Origin: the human T2T-CHM13v2.0 reference genome, Homo sapiens
Direction of reading: 5' to 3'
Length of the DNA stretch: 64,000 nucleotides
Assembly: GCA_009914755.4 (NCBI GenBank)
Contig: CP068257.2
Location: 30,720,001-30,784,000, forward strand
Position numbers and translations under genes: made by a program
Shown here: positions 43,304-61,289 of the stretch, piece by piece
How positions within the stretch are numbered: position 1 is the first letter of the stretch
How the letters are laid out: every line of letters begins with the position of its first letter
The notes under the pieces: generated by a model
The model's input: the letters and a program-made list of their open reading frames with translations, nothing else
Database searches by the model: none
What the model was told of the DNA's origin: nothing

Positions 43304-45776
43304 TTCAAGGCCCTGGTGGCTGGCCGGGAAGGTGGATTCGCCTTGGCTAGGTGCCAGGCAGGTCCGCCTGTGCGGGTGCCCCTGACTTCGACCCCTAGCT
43401 TATGTCACAGCCCGAACCAGATCGACTGGTCTGGTAGCAGCCTGTCACTCCAGACTGTCCTCCACCCCAGACTTCCGCAAACTGATGGGCTCTTTGCGCC
43501 GTGCAGGGTGGGAGGAGAAGACCAAACGAAGTAACGTCTGTAAAACCCCTTCCTGGACAGCGTAAGGCCTCCACATCTAAGTTCCTGTCATTAAAATGGA
43601 GACAGCAAAGCCGACCCTATCCAGTCCTTGGGACTGTTATGAACAGAAAATGATGCAATGTATGAAAAACTGCTTTGAGGAGAAAAACAACACAGTGTGT
43701 TTTTGGAAGATGTGATTGATTTGTAAACCGCATTAAATGCTCTGAAATAAAATGAAAGTAAAAATAAGTAAAAACAGGCTGGTACATATTTTAATACGAC
43801 TTCATCGATACTTAGGTATGTGTCCAAATAAATCATGAACCAGCGCATTAGATAAGTAACTTGGTGATTACTGAAATTCTCCATCAGGTTGTCCTCTAGT
43901 CTAAGAAAATTGTGTTTCATATTCTGTAAGCAGATGTGTTTTGAACATCTGAGGATGTGGGCTTTTGTGGCCTGTTGGGGTCTCAGAGTTTCTAGTAGAA
44001 AAAGCACGTGTGTTGACGCTGAGCCTCTGTCCCGACAAGATGATTGTGCCTGTGGAGATGTCTATGTTGTAGGCAGGTCAGAGAGAGGGTGTCACCCCCA
44101 GCAGATATGAGCTAATGCAGCAATGTTAAGAGAGGGGAATATGCTCAAAAAGTCATCTGTAAAAGGCAACACTCATTAGTGAATACAGACTTAATTCTGA
44201 CTGATTATCCACACTGGTCCTCTTCTTTGGTTAATCGCTAACCACCAACTTTGTTTTCTGCCATGGTGGTCCCAACCAAAAAGTTATCAGAAAGAGTTAG
44301 GAAACAGTCAAAAGCCCTGAGTTCAGTTTCTGCCTGTGTGACCTTGGGCAAATTACCATCCCTCTGTGCTGGTTTGCTTTACAAACAATTAAAGAGCATG
44401 AGGAACTTCCCAGGATTATCCAGCTAGTAACTGGTGGAGCCAGGACTCACCCAGTGTATCCTAGTCCCAAATTAAAAACAAAGAAACAGAAGTTGGCAGT
44501 GCCCATTTACAGCCTTAGCCAGAGATGTATGGATGGCAAGTGTGGCTCAGAAGTGCATTTGGATGTTTTAGACTAAGTTAATGCCATGAATCATTGATGC
44601 TGGGTTAACCCTTTGTTCAGATATGAGGCTCACCAACCTCTGGATAGTGACTTGTCTTTCCATATCAAAGCTTTGTATTATTTGCCTCCAGGAGCATTCT
44701 GGTTTGTTGCAGACTATGTGGTACTGCTCCTAGGACATTCTAAGCTGAGGAAAAAAGCCCGAGAGCTTTTGTACTTGTTCCCTCTCTTTGAAACTCTTTG
44801 CCCAGAGCTCAAGTGGCTCAGATGTGGACTTTTCCTGTACATACCTCACTCTCTGTCTCCCGACCTTTCTTGATTGGGCCTACTTTATAAAGACACTCAC
44901 TAATTACATCTGAGGGCTCCACCCTCATGAGCTAGTCACCTCACAAAAGGCCTCCCACAACCAAATATCACACTTGGGATGGGGTTTCAACATAATGAAT
45001 TTGAGGGGGACACAAACGTTCAAACCATAGCACTTTCCCAACATGAAGATGATTTTTCAGTTAAGTTCTAACAATCTTTTCAGAAACAGATAATTCTCAC
45101 CTTGTGCCGTTAGTTCCACAAAATAAAAAATAAAGTATCCCAACATCTTTTACAAGGCTCATATAACCTTAAATACAGAACAAGCTAAGGATAACACAAA
45201 GTATGAAAATGATGAACTTATTTCAAGTATGGATATAAATGTGTGTAAATAGAATATTAGTTAACTGAATACAAAACAGCACTTGAAAAAAACACAAGAA
45301 ATACAAGGAAAGAATATCTTGCTTATATAACTCACCACAATAATGGATTAAAGGAGAAAAATCCGTTATTATTTCAATAGATGGAAAAAGACATTTGAAA
45401 AGATACCTATTTATGATTTTTAAAATTCACATAAAACTAGGGATAGAAGGACTTTCCTTAACTTGGTAAAGACTATATACCAAAAACCTGCAGCAATTAT
45501 CATGCACAATGGGAAAACTATATGAACCTGAATTATGACTGGGAACAATAGGAAAAACAGGGATGTCCACCATGCTACTATCTATTACGAGAGGTCGTGG
45601 CTAGTGAAATAAGGCAAGACAAAGAAATAAGAAATGAAACTGTAATCTAATTGGAAAATTCAATAGAAACGCAAGCTAAATAAGAATTTAGCAAGGTTGT
45701 CAGACATAAAATCAGTTACCAAAATTGGTAGCATTACCTCTACATTAGCAATAGCTAATTTAAATATGTAGGAGAA

Positions 45777-46085
45777 GCTGGGTGTGGTGGCTCATGCCTG
45801 TAATCCTAGCGCTTTGGGAGACTAAGGTGGGAGGAGCACTTGAGCTCGGGAGCAACATAGTAGGACCTCGTCTCTACAAAAAAAAAAAAAAAATTTAAGT
45901 AGCTGGTGTGGTGGTGCATATCTGTAGTCCCAGCTAGTCAGGATGCCAAGGTGTGAGGATTGCTTGAGCCCAGAAGACCGAGCCTGCAGTGAGCCAGATT
46001 GCTCCACTGCACTCCAGCCAGGGCAACAGAGGGAGACCCTGTCTCAAAAAATAAAATAAATATAAAACAAAAATAAATAAATATG
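45777..46085 (+). mobile_element. Alu
   Basis: Consensus arms; A-rich tail. Confidence 0.9.
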
Positions 46086-46377
46086 TGGTAGAAAACAAAG
46101 CACCATTTAGAAAGAAAAAAACCCTACAAATTCTCAGAATTAAACTAAAAAGACTGCACAGCATCTTTAAGGACAACATTGTAAAATAATATTTGGTTAA
46201 ATAAAGATACATACTATGTTCACAGAAGAATGTCTTCACATTGTAAAACTGCTAATTTTTCCTAAATTAAGCTGTAAACTATTACCATTCCAATAAAAAT
46301 TAAATTCAGAAAACCATAATATATTCTTATGGAAAAAGAACAATCCAGGAATAGCTAAGTCAGCTTGACAAGACTAA

Positions 46378-46832
<455 letters not shown>

Positions 46833-47156
46833 CTATGTAATGGAGGTACAGGTTAACAAATCTGAAACTTCTTTTTACATATCCTGGAATTGAAAAATAA
46901 GTAAATGGATAAAGGATGGTGGGAGCCAGGCTTCACACTGTTGGAAAAGGAAGTTACATATAAGCAAAAGGGTAAGGCTAGAACGGACCCTGTGATACCG
47001 GATTAGAGTTGGAAACACCAGCATGATCTCATGTTTAGTTTAACACAGGTAGAGATGGATTGGTACAGAAATAAGTATAAATACATATTCTACCTGGGTT
47101 TGTACACAAGCATATATTTCCTAGCTCTGTTCACTGGTAGGGCCTAGAAGCAGTCA

Positions 47157-47560
<404 letters not shown>

Positions 47561-47845
47561 AAAATATAAAAATAAAAAGAACCAGGGCTCCTTAGAGAAA
47601 TGGCTGATTCTAGGGCTGGGACAGGGAACACATAAGGTGAGTGTGGAGTATCTTGTAGTACCAGAAAGTAAGAAATGCTTCAAAAACAAAAGAATGGAGC
47701 TATGTCAAAGAGTCACAGGAACCAACTTGAAAGAACTCCCAATGGAACAGTTTCGGTGACAAAATGAATAATATAGCATTGGATTATAACCTAGGGTAAA
47801 AAGTAAATATATGTAAGTCTATACTGATATAAAAAATGATGATCA

Positions 47846-47995
47846 CCAGGCATGATGGCTCATGCCTGTAATCCTAGCACCTTGGGAGGCTGAGACAGGA
47901 AGATCACTGGAGCCCAGGAGTTTGGGTCCATCCTGGGCAACAGTTTAGCAAGACCTCATCTCTAAAAGAAATAATAATAATAAAATAAAAATAAA
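47846..47995 (+). mobile_element. Alu monomer-like fragment (FLAM-like)
   Basis: Left-arm similarity only; A-rich tail. Confidence 0.7.
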
Positions 47996-48737
47996 TTGAT
48001 TGCTAAGTAAATAAATGGGGGAGAAGAGATAAATCTTCCTTACAAAAGTAATCCAAATAATACATGTAGATACTTCCTGCTTCCAGAGGTGGAGCTTAAT
48101 TCAAATACTCCTCCCCACTTCCCTAGTGTAGGTTTAGTGACCTACTTTTAAATACTGGAATATGACAAGGGAAAAATGATAACTCTATAATAGAGAAGCA
48201 TGGCAAACACTACCTTATCCAAGGGATCAAAGTTAATGTCATGTATAAATCATGTTACTGTGATGTACCCCTGAAGTGATGTGATGAAGATGCTTTGCCT
48301 CTGTATATCCTTCCCGAAACCCAAAATCCCAGCCCAATTGTGTGGAAAACATCAGAGAAACCTAAATTGAGGGACAGTCTAAAAAGTACATGAGCAGTAC
48401 CCTTTAAAACTGTCGAGGTCATGAAAAGCAATGAAGAACTGAAACACGACCACAGACCAGATGTGATGGGAGACACAATGATAAAATGCACTGTGGTACC
48501 CTGGACTGGACCCTGGAGCAGAAAAAGGCCAGAAGGGGAAAAACTAGTACAGCGCAAATAAAATAAAGTCTGGCGTTTAGTTAATAGTAACGTCCCAATG
48601 CTGGTTGCTTAGTTAGCAAATGTACCCTACAACCGTGAGAAATGTAAAACATCAGATGAAACTGGCTGAGAGTGTATGGAATTTTTTTCAAATGTTCTGC
48701 AAATCTAGAATCATTTCAAAATAAAAAGTGTAGTCAA

Positions 48738-49171
<434 letters not shown>

Positions 49172-50929
49172 CTAATGGCACATATTTACTGTATATGATT
49201 TGATGAATTACCTCCTGGCTCCTGGTAACCACCATTCTATTCTCTGCTTCTATGAGTTTGACTATTTTAGGTACTGCTTATGAGTCCTGTCCTTCTGTAA
49301 CTGGCTTCTTTCACTCAGCAGACACCCAGAATAATTGAAATAAGGTTATTGAAGGGATATTTGCACTCCCTGTTCATTGCAGCATTATTCATAATCGCCA
49401 ATTTACAGAAGCAACCTAAATGCCTATCGACAAATCAATGGGTTAAAAAAAAATGCGGTATTTAGTATACAATGAAATATTATTCAGCCTTAAAAAAAAG
49501 AAGGAAATCTTGATATTTTTGACAACATAGATGAACCTGGAGACCATTATAGAAATGTGATATGTGATCAAGACAACACCAAAATCAGTGGGAGAAGGGT
49601 GGTGTGGTAGATTACAAAATATGGTCACAAATTCCTCCCACCCTGGAATTCATGCCCCTTTGCAATTTGACTTTGCAGTTCTCATTGGGAGGTTGGGACA
49701 TTTCTTCCCCTGTTGGGGAGCAATTTGGAACCACAGATCTCCAGGGGTAGCTGACTGCCAGTGTCATGATACTGTCATTATCTCTTCATTTAACATCTCC
49801 TCTCAGAGTACTCCTGGCTTGCTAGTTTAAATTGTGAAAATTTTCTGCATTAGCCTCATTTTATTTACATTCTTTGGTCTTTACTGTTCATTACTATTTA
49901 AATGTGTTAACATTTAAATGACATCTATACTGTAATTTTCCTTTGTCACTATTGAAGTCACCCTGGACTGCTAATTGCAAACATAATCGTATTTTCAGAG
50001 AGGTTTATTTTAGGCAGATTGCCCCTTAAGTTGCAAGAAGATGGAAAGAATGGCAGGCAGATCACCAAGAATACTCTGAAGATGAAGATGAATAAAGTGG
50101 GTAAGAGTGACTGGGATGGGCAGGGAATGGCAGACCCCTGAATGAGTTAGGGAGTGATCGAGCTTGAATATTTGTGCCACCCAGATCTCATATTGAATTG
50201 TAATCCCCAATGCTGGAGGTGGGGCCTGATGGTGGGTGTTTGGGTCATCGGGGTAGATCCCTCATGGCTTGGTGCAGTCTTTGAGATAGCGAGTGATTGC
50301 TCGTGAAATCTGGTCATTTAAAAGTGTGTGGCACCTCCCACACCCCAGCTCTTGTTCCTGCTTCCACCAGGTGAGATGTCTTGTCCCTCTTTGCCTTTGG
50401 CCATGAGTAAAAGCTCCCTGCAGCCTCCCTAGAAGCAGATACTGGCACTATGCTTCCTGTACAGCCTGTAGAACCAGGAGCCAATTAAACTTCTTTTCTT
50501 ATAAATAACCCACCCTCTGGTATTCTTTTAGAGCAATGCAAGAACAGCCTAACACACGGAGAAAAGCCAAGGCAACCGATAGGTAAGAAAGAGCCCTCTA
50601 AGCAGAAGCTATAGCCAATGCAAAAGCACTGAGGTGGGACAGCAAAAAGGCCAGTGTGTCTGAAATGGAGGGAGGGCGATCATGGTAAAAGTGAGGCCAG
50701 TTGGAGTGGCTCATGCAGAGCCTGGTTGGACAAGGTAAAGTCTCTGTAGCATTTGAATTGTCTGGATTTGCCATTCCCAAACTGGGCACCAAAGTGCCCA
50801 AAGCACCACATTGCCTTGGAATGTTTTCAAAAGTTGAGGGAAATCCATCAATTCTTGACATCTGTTCATTACCAGGCAAACTACTGGCTCAAGGTAGTTC
50901 ATAGATTCAACATTAGATTGTGCTAGTTT

Positions 50930-51230
50930 CCAGCTGGGTGCAGTGGCACACGCCTATAATCGCAGCACTTTGGGAGGCTGAGGCTAGCAGATCACCTGAG
51001 GTCAGGAATTCAAGACCAGCCTGGCCAACATTGTGAAACCCCATCTCTACCAAAAAAACACAAAAATTAGCCAGGCGTGGTGGCAGGCACCTGTAATCCC
51101 AGCTACTCAGGAGGCCGAGGCAGGGAGAATTGCTTGAACCTGGGAGGCAGAGGTTGCAGTGAGCTGAGATCGTGCCATTGCACTCCAGCCTGGCAACAGA
51201 GTGAGACGCCATCTCAAAAAAAAAAAAAAG
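50930..51230 (+). mobile_element. Alu
   Basis: Consensus arms; poly-A(14). Confidence 0.9.
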
Positions 51231-51317
51231 ATTGTGCTACTTTGGAAGAAGAGATGAAGAGATGAGTTCACAGCTTTGCAATGCTGGGTTTCCGGGGCTT
51301 ACCATGATGAAAAGCAT

Positions 51318-51461
51318 CAGCCAAGTGTGGCGGTGCCTGCCTGTAGTCCTAGCTACTTTGGAGGCAGAGGCAGGAGGATCACTTGAGCCCATGAGTTCGA
51401 GGTTGTAGTGAGCTTATCGAGACACTGTACTCTGGTCTGGGGAACAGAGGAAGAACCTCTC

Positions 51462-51492
<31 letters not shown>
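51318..51492 (+). mobile_element. Alu right-arm fragment with poly-A(30)
   Basis: gccaagtgtggcggtgcctgcctgtagtcc..; long A tract. Confidence 0.8.
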
Positions 51493-51496
<4 letters not shown>

Positions 51497-51639
51497 AAGC
51501 ACCAAGCTGAAATCAACACGGGTCAAGAAATGATAGTGTGGTATCCAATCTGATTTCAAGGTTGAAGAAATAGTGACATGTCCAACGGGCACACACACCC
51601 CATTCGAAATTATCTGTGCTTATTTAAGAATAAAGGAGG

Positions 51640-51935
51640 ACTGGCCATGGTGGCTCATGCCTCTAATCCCAGCACTTTGGGAGGCCAAGGCGGGCGGATA
51701 ATCTGAGGTGAGGACAGTCAGCCTGGCCAACATGGTGAAAGCCCATCTCTACTAAAAATACGAAAGTTAGCTGGGAGTGGTGGCAAGCGCCTGTAGTCCC
51801 AGCTACTCGGGATGCTGAGGCAGGAGAATCGCTTGAACCCAGGAGGCGGGGGTTGCAGGGATCACACCATTGCACTCTAGCCTGGGAGACAGAGGGAGAC
51901 TCTGTTTAAAAAAGAAAAAAGAAAGAATAAAAGAA
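51640..51935 (+). mobile_element. Alu
   Basis: Consensus arms; A-rich tail. Confidence 0.9.
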
Positions 51936-52193
51936 AACATTTTTATTTCCATCATATGTATTTACGTATATATGTAAACTGCTTCTTTATTATTAGAACA
52001 CAAATACTTATGTTGTTTGGACATAGCTATTTAATAAACTTAACAGTTTAGGTTTGGGTTTTGTCCTGGAGCACTTGAAAAATTATTGAGACACTAAAGG
52101 TGCCATGAACTGAGAAAGATTGAGAACTTCTGGTCTATACCTTTGATCAGAGCTCACTTTTATTAATTCTAAATTCCCTTTGCGGACTTTGAT

Positions 52194-52222
52194 TCTTTTT
52201 TTTTTTTTTTTTTTTTTTTTTG
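52194..52222. repeat. poly-T(28) homopolymer
   Basis: Uninterrupted T run, not obviously attached to a recognisable SINE body. Confidence 0.9.
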
Positions 52223-52267
52223 GCAGCCTTAAGCTTTCCCTTGAGAATGAAAATTTAAAACTTGTAA

Positions 52268-53075
<808 letters not shown>

Positions 53076-53389
53076 CATGGACCACACTCATCACTCCTAA
53101 AACATAAATTAAGATTCCCACCTACAGAGGGCGCCATTGACAGTCCTAGTGGCATTCGGGGGTTGGGTGTGCAGGACCCACAACTGCCTGAAGCTCCAGC
53201 CTTCTCCTTCCCCAGCCAGCTGCCTGTGCAACAGTCCTCAGCCTCCCCCACCTCTCCCTCACCCTTCTGAGACTTTTGCTGAGGTTTTTGTTTTGCTTGT
53301 TTTTTTAAAACTGCTGCCGATCAAGGGGAAACAGACTGGGCATATCCGTGACTACCCCTCTCTTTTCTTCCTTCTAGGAGAGACAAAGT

Positions 53390-54120
<731 letters not shown>

Positions 54121-54234
54121 TGTGTATTTATATATACATATATACTTATGTATATTTATATATGCATATATAAAAATATCTATATTTTACCACTATAAAA
54201 TATTTTTAAAAGAAAAATGATTTTTTCTTTTTGG

Positions 54235-54235
<1 letters not shown>

Positions 54236-54263
<28 letters not shown>
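54236..54263. repeat. (TG)14 dinucleotide microsatellite
   Basis: tgtgtgtg... run. Confidence 0.95.
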
Positions 54264-54266
<3 letters not shown>

Positions 54267-54600
54267 TATCAGGTCCTTGAGGACTTGAAAAGCTCAAATC
54301 AGATTTGGCTGGCATTTCAGAAGAAAGCCAGGCCTCCAAAACTCAGGTGTGTCACAGAGGGCTCAGGGACAGGGATGCTGCTGAGCAGAGGAAAAGGATG
54401 AGGGAGTGAGCCTGGCCTAAGGAGGCCAACAGAGTGGGCCAGAGGTGGGGAGGGAAGAGGGTATTCAAAAACCAGGGTTGAGGAGAGTGTCCCAGCCAGT
54501 TCACAGGAAGAAGAAAAAAGTTCTGGTGGAAAAGCCATTCCAGTATCCCACTAGAGCAGCGGTCCCCACCCTTTTTGGCTCCAGTGACCAGTTTCTTTCA

Positions 54601-54605
<5 letters not shown>

Positions 54606-54631
<26 letters not shown>

Positions 54632-54898
54632 GGAGATGGAGTTTTGTTCTGTCATCCAGGCTGGAGTGCAGTGGCGTGATCTTGGCTCACTGCAACCTCT
54701 GCTTCCTGGGTCCAAGCGATTCTCCTTCCTCAGCCCAAGTAGCTAGGACTACAGGTGCCTGCCACCACACCCAGCTAATTTTGTATTTTCAGTTTTCACA
54801 ACGTTGCCTAGGCTGGTCTTGAACTCCTAGTCTCAGGTGATCCATCTGCCTCGGCCTCCCAAAGTGCCGGAATTACAGGCATGAGCCACTGTGCCGAA
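54606..54898 (-). mobile_element. Alu
   Basis: poly-T(27) head; reverse-complemented consensus. Confidence 0.9.
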
Positions 54899-55419
54899 CA
54901 TGGGGACCAGTTTTGTGTAAGACAATTTTTCCAAAGATGGGGGTTGGGGGGATGGTTTGGGGATGATTCGAGTGCATTACATTTATTGTGCACTTTATTT
55001 CTGTTATTATTACATTGTAACATATAATGAAATAATTACACAACTAACTATAATGTAGAATTAGTGGGAGCCCTGAGCTTGTTTTCCTGCAACTAGATGG
55101 TCCCATCTGGGGGTGATGGGAGACAGTGACAGGTCATCAGGCATTAGATTCTTGTAAAGAGCATGCAACCTAGATCCCTCACATGTGCGGTTCACAAATA
55201 GGGTTCACATTCCCATGTCACTCCTTCACTCCAGTCAAGGAGGCAGAGGCCAGGCAGTAATGTGAGCCATGGGGAGTGGCTGTAAATACAGATGAAGCTT
55301 CTCTCACTTCTCTCACCAGTATGGTGGCCCAAGGCTGGAGACCCCTGCACTAGAAGATCAGGGCTGCTGTCACTCAAAGGAACAAGGTGGAAACTGTTTC
55401 CACCTAAGAGTTCAAATTA

Positions 55420-55745
<326 letters not shown>

Positions 55746-55853
55746 ACCAAACACTATCTTATACCCAATAAAAAATAATATGCAAAGTCCATAAAATGAT
55801 TATATTTATTGTCATGGCTACCCATGTGCCCATGTGTGAAGCTTCTACTCTGA

Positions 55854-56265
<412 letters not shown>

Positions 56266-56698
56266 TGACCACAGAGCCCACACCAATAACGACTGCCCTA
56301 AAGCGTGACCAGGCAAGCTTGGTTTAGCAGAACCAGAGCTGCTGCTTTCCAACGTTCTAGGGAGTTTCCTTCCTTTAGCACACTTTCCTTAATGATGGCA
56401 GAGCACTAGGTTGGAAGAGTGCCTGGTGCCCGGAAGGAAGGGAAGAGCAGTAAGGAGGGTGGAGAGAGGGAGTAGGGGTTTCTGCCCTTTGTTCCCAGCT
56501 ACAGCCCAGGCTGGCCCGGCTCCCTGTAGCATTTGCTGAAGGCAGCAGATCACTGGCACCTCAGGCCTTCTGTTGAAAGCAGCACCTTCCTGCCTCCCTC
56601 GATGGGGAAAAAGGCACCTGCTTTCTCCAGGATGAAATCCATGGTGTCCCCCAGAAACTGAGTGTGCCACTTAGAACACTTGGGAATTCCCACACTGA

Positions 56699-57010
<312 letters not shown>

Positions 57011-57495
57011 TTGAAAATTTCCCATGGATCTGAATTCAGTCCTTCACAACGCTTCAAAAACTTCCAAGAGTTTGCACGTGCTGCATTCTTCTTTTACAAA
57101 GACAATGATTCACATATAAACTGATAGCATATGCAAAAGGTGAGAATACATAATTAAGAAAACACTCAGGAATGAAAAGAATCAGTATAGATTTAGCCTG
57201 ATTTTTTTGAAATCCTACATCTATTTTAAATAGGTTATGGGTTTTTAGAGTCAAAATGGATTTTAGCATTCATTTTTTTCATTTTGCAAATGTGAAAAAG
57301 TGAGAGACAGGCGAGTCAAGTGCCTCTGTGGGTTCCTCTGTCTCAGTGGCAGAGCTGGGACTTGACCTGAGGTCTCCTGAGTGGCTATTTGAATATAGGT
57401 TGACACTATTGGATGAGATGCCTTTGACCTCGGATGGGCTGTCAGTACAGACATCAGTTGACTGCTGTGCACATATTCTTAAAGACCTCCTTCTG

Positions 57496-57913
<418 letters not shown>

Positions 57914-58167
57914 CTAGAAACAAACTACCATTTGTTGCTTTCTAAAAAAAAGCCTTTTAAGCTCCAGACGACATTGGGCCTCTCTCTCCTGAGCTGAAAG
58001 GTTGGTTTCTTTGAGGTTTCCAAATGGCAGCTTATGTCTTCTCAGAAGGGCTACAGCCCATTTGTTGGAAGCCAAAAACCTTACCTCAATGGCCCAGGTG
58101 AGAGGACATGGCTCAGGGTTGCAGTCTGAGTGTGAAGCACATAAACATCTCCCATAATAGGCTTGGT

Positions 58168-58490
58168 GGCTGGGCCTGGTGGCTCAAGCCTGTAATCACG
58201 GCACTATGGGAGGCCGAGGTGGGTGGATCACCTGAGGTCAGGAGTTCAAGACCGGCCCAGCCAACAAGGTGAAACCCTGTCGCTACTAAAAATACAAAAG
58301 AAAAAGAAGAAGAAGAAAAAAAATTTGCTGGGTGTGGTGGTGCACACCTGTCATCCCAGCTACTTGGGAGGCTAAGTCAGGAGAATCACTTGAACCCAGG
58401 AGGCGGAGATATCAGTGAGCCAAGATCGTGCCACTGCACTCCAGCTTGGGCAACAGAGCAAGACTCCACCTAAAGAAAAAATAAATAGGC
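58168..58490 (+). mobile_element. Alu
   Basis: Consensus arms; (GAA)n in the linker. Confidence 0.9.
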
Positions 58491-59675
58491 TTGGATATGG
58501 CAGAGGGTGAGAGACAAGTAGCTAGGATCTCAAGGAAGAAGGAAAATAGAGATGTAACATGGAGCTGAAAAGAAGGTGCAGGAATTGCTTTAAAAGAAAA
58601 CAAAGAGACAGAAAGTAAGACGTGTAATTTACAATGTCCTGTAAAGGTTGCCTCTTGCACACATGGACTGAATGCTGTGACTACAGAGGCACTTTTCAAA
58701 CTAGTACAAGAAGGAACAAGATTGCCCAATGGTGCCATCACTTAGAAAAGAACCCTTTATTTTACCTCCACCTAATTGCTGTGCCTTTGCAGTATAAGAG
58801 GGCTTCAAGTCTTGGTTCGGACGGTCAGTATGACTCTGTGCCCTCAGTCTCCCCATCTGAGAAATGAAGATTCCTGTTGTACCTGGGCCAGCTTCATATG
58901 ACCTGAGCAATCACTCAGGGCCCTGTGTTCAAAGCATTAAACTATGCTTGGTTTAATGCTCTGCTATTATCATCCTGGAATTCTTAATAATCCTTGAACG
59001 AGGGGCCCCACATTTTCGTTTTGCACTGGGCAAGTAAATGACGTAGTTAGCCTAGTTAGTACCTATCTCAAAGGGTTGTTGTGAGTATTAATATTTTGGA
59101 AACACTTTATTATTTGGCACACCAGTCATCATTCACTTTAATTCCAGCTCCCATAACTGTGTTGAAATACCAAGTGGCTATGACTGTTTTTATTATTCAA
59201 ATTCCATCATAGTAGAAAGCATTTAAGGAAAACTGCCTCGGTGGAAAAGATTATTTCTCTCCAGACCCCAGATTGATTTTACACTGTTCATCCCTCTTTG
59301 AAACATATATTCCTTTTCCCACTTTTCCGTCCTATGAGTTGTTATAGTGCCTCAGAGTTAAGGTATTTGACCTACAAAGCTCTTAGAAAAGTGTGGGGTC
59401 CAGAGAGAAAGATAACTGAGCAATTCAGTTTTCTCGCAAGATTCCAAAATTCTTAAAGAGATCAGATTAGGACCAAAATCTTCTGATTTAACAGTGAGGG
59501 GCTAAGGGACAAAACAGAGGGAAGCCAGGGAGACGTCCTTCAGACCCTCTCATAGCCCACGACTGCCCGGTCGCATTGTGCTGTCCATCTGCCTTCTAAA
59601 CATCCTTCCATTGTGGCCGCTTCTCCTCTTCTTTCTGGGTGTACAGCGAGCACATCAGCCCAAGCACAGCCATAA

Positions 59676-60770
<1,095 letters not shown>

Positions 60771-61289
60771 CCAGGTAAGAAAGCCTGGGGATGCTGTCAC
60801 AGTGAGTAACAGTGCCCACTTAGACATTTGGAAGCCAGTGCAGACCCACAGGGCAGTGCTGCCCACTCCCAGGACTCGGGAGCATGGCTGCCTCCCTGTG
60901 CCAACACTGTCAGTCACTAGCGCAGAACCTGGCACACGTTGGTACCAATTCATATCTAAACTGGATGAATGAACAGACAGAATGGAAAGTACAGGAGGGA
61001 CCCGAGTTTTGGACAAACATTACTTACCCTGTGGCTCCTAAGTGCTGGGCATCCTTACCCACACTCCCAGCTTCAGTTTCCCTAACCTAGAGAGCGCACA
61101 CTAATATTTATGTTCAAATGTTATTGGGGAGGTTGAGTTTTTATTTAATATTTGAATGTAGATTTTAAAAATCATTATGCCAGACAGGCTGGGCCTCACT
61201 CGATAAACACTGATGTTTAGCATTTAACACACTTTTCCCCAGACTGGAAGAAGAGGCCGAGATCCCAATTCGGTGACCCAGCCCTTGCT

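Larger units (their letters stand above)
42380..43460. promoter_or_regulatory. URB1: CpG island with the URB1 promoter/5'UTR; likely bidirectional
   Basis: High GC and CpG density. URB1 ATG at 42758 on the minus strand. Upstream (plus coordinates 42855-42975) lie four GGAAG (ETS-like) cores, each followed by GGCGGGG/GGGGCGGGG GC-boxes. There is no TATA box. Confidence 0.7.
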
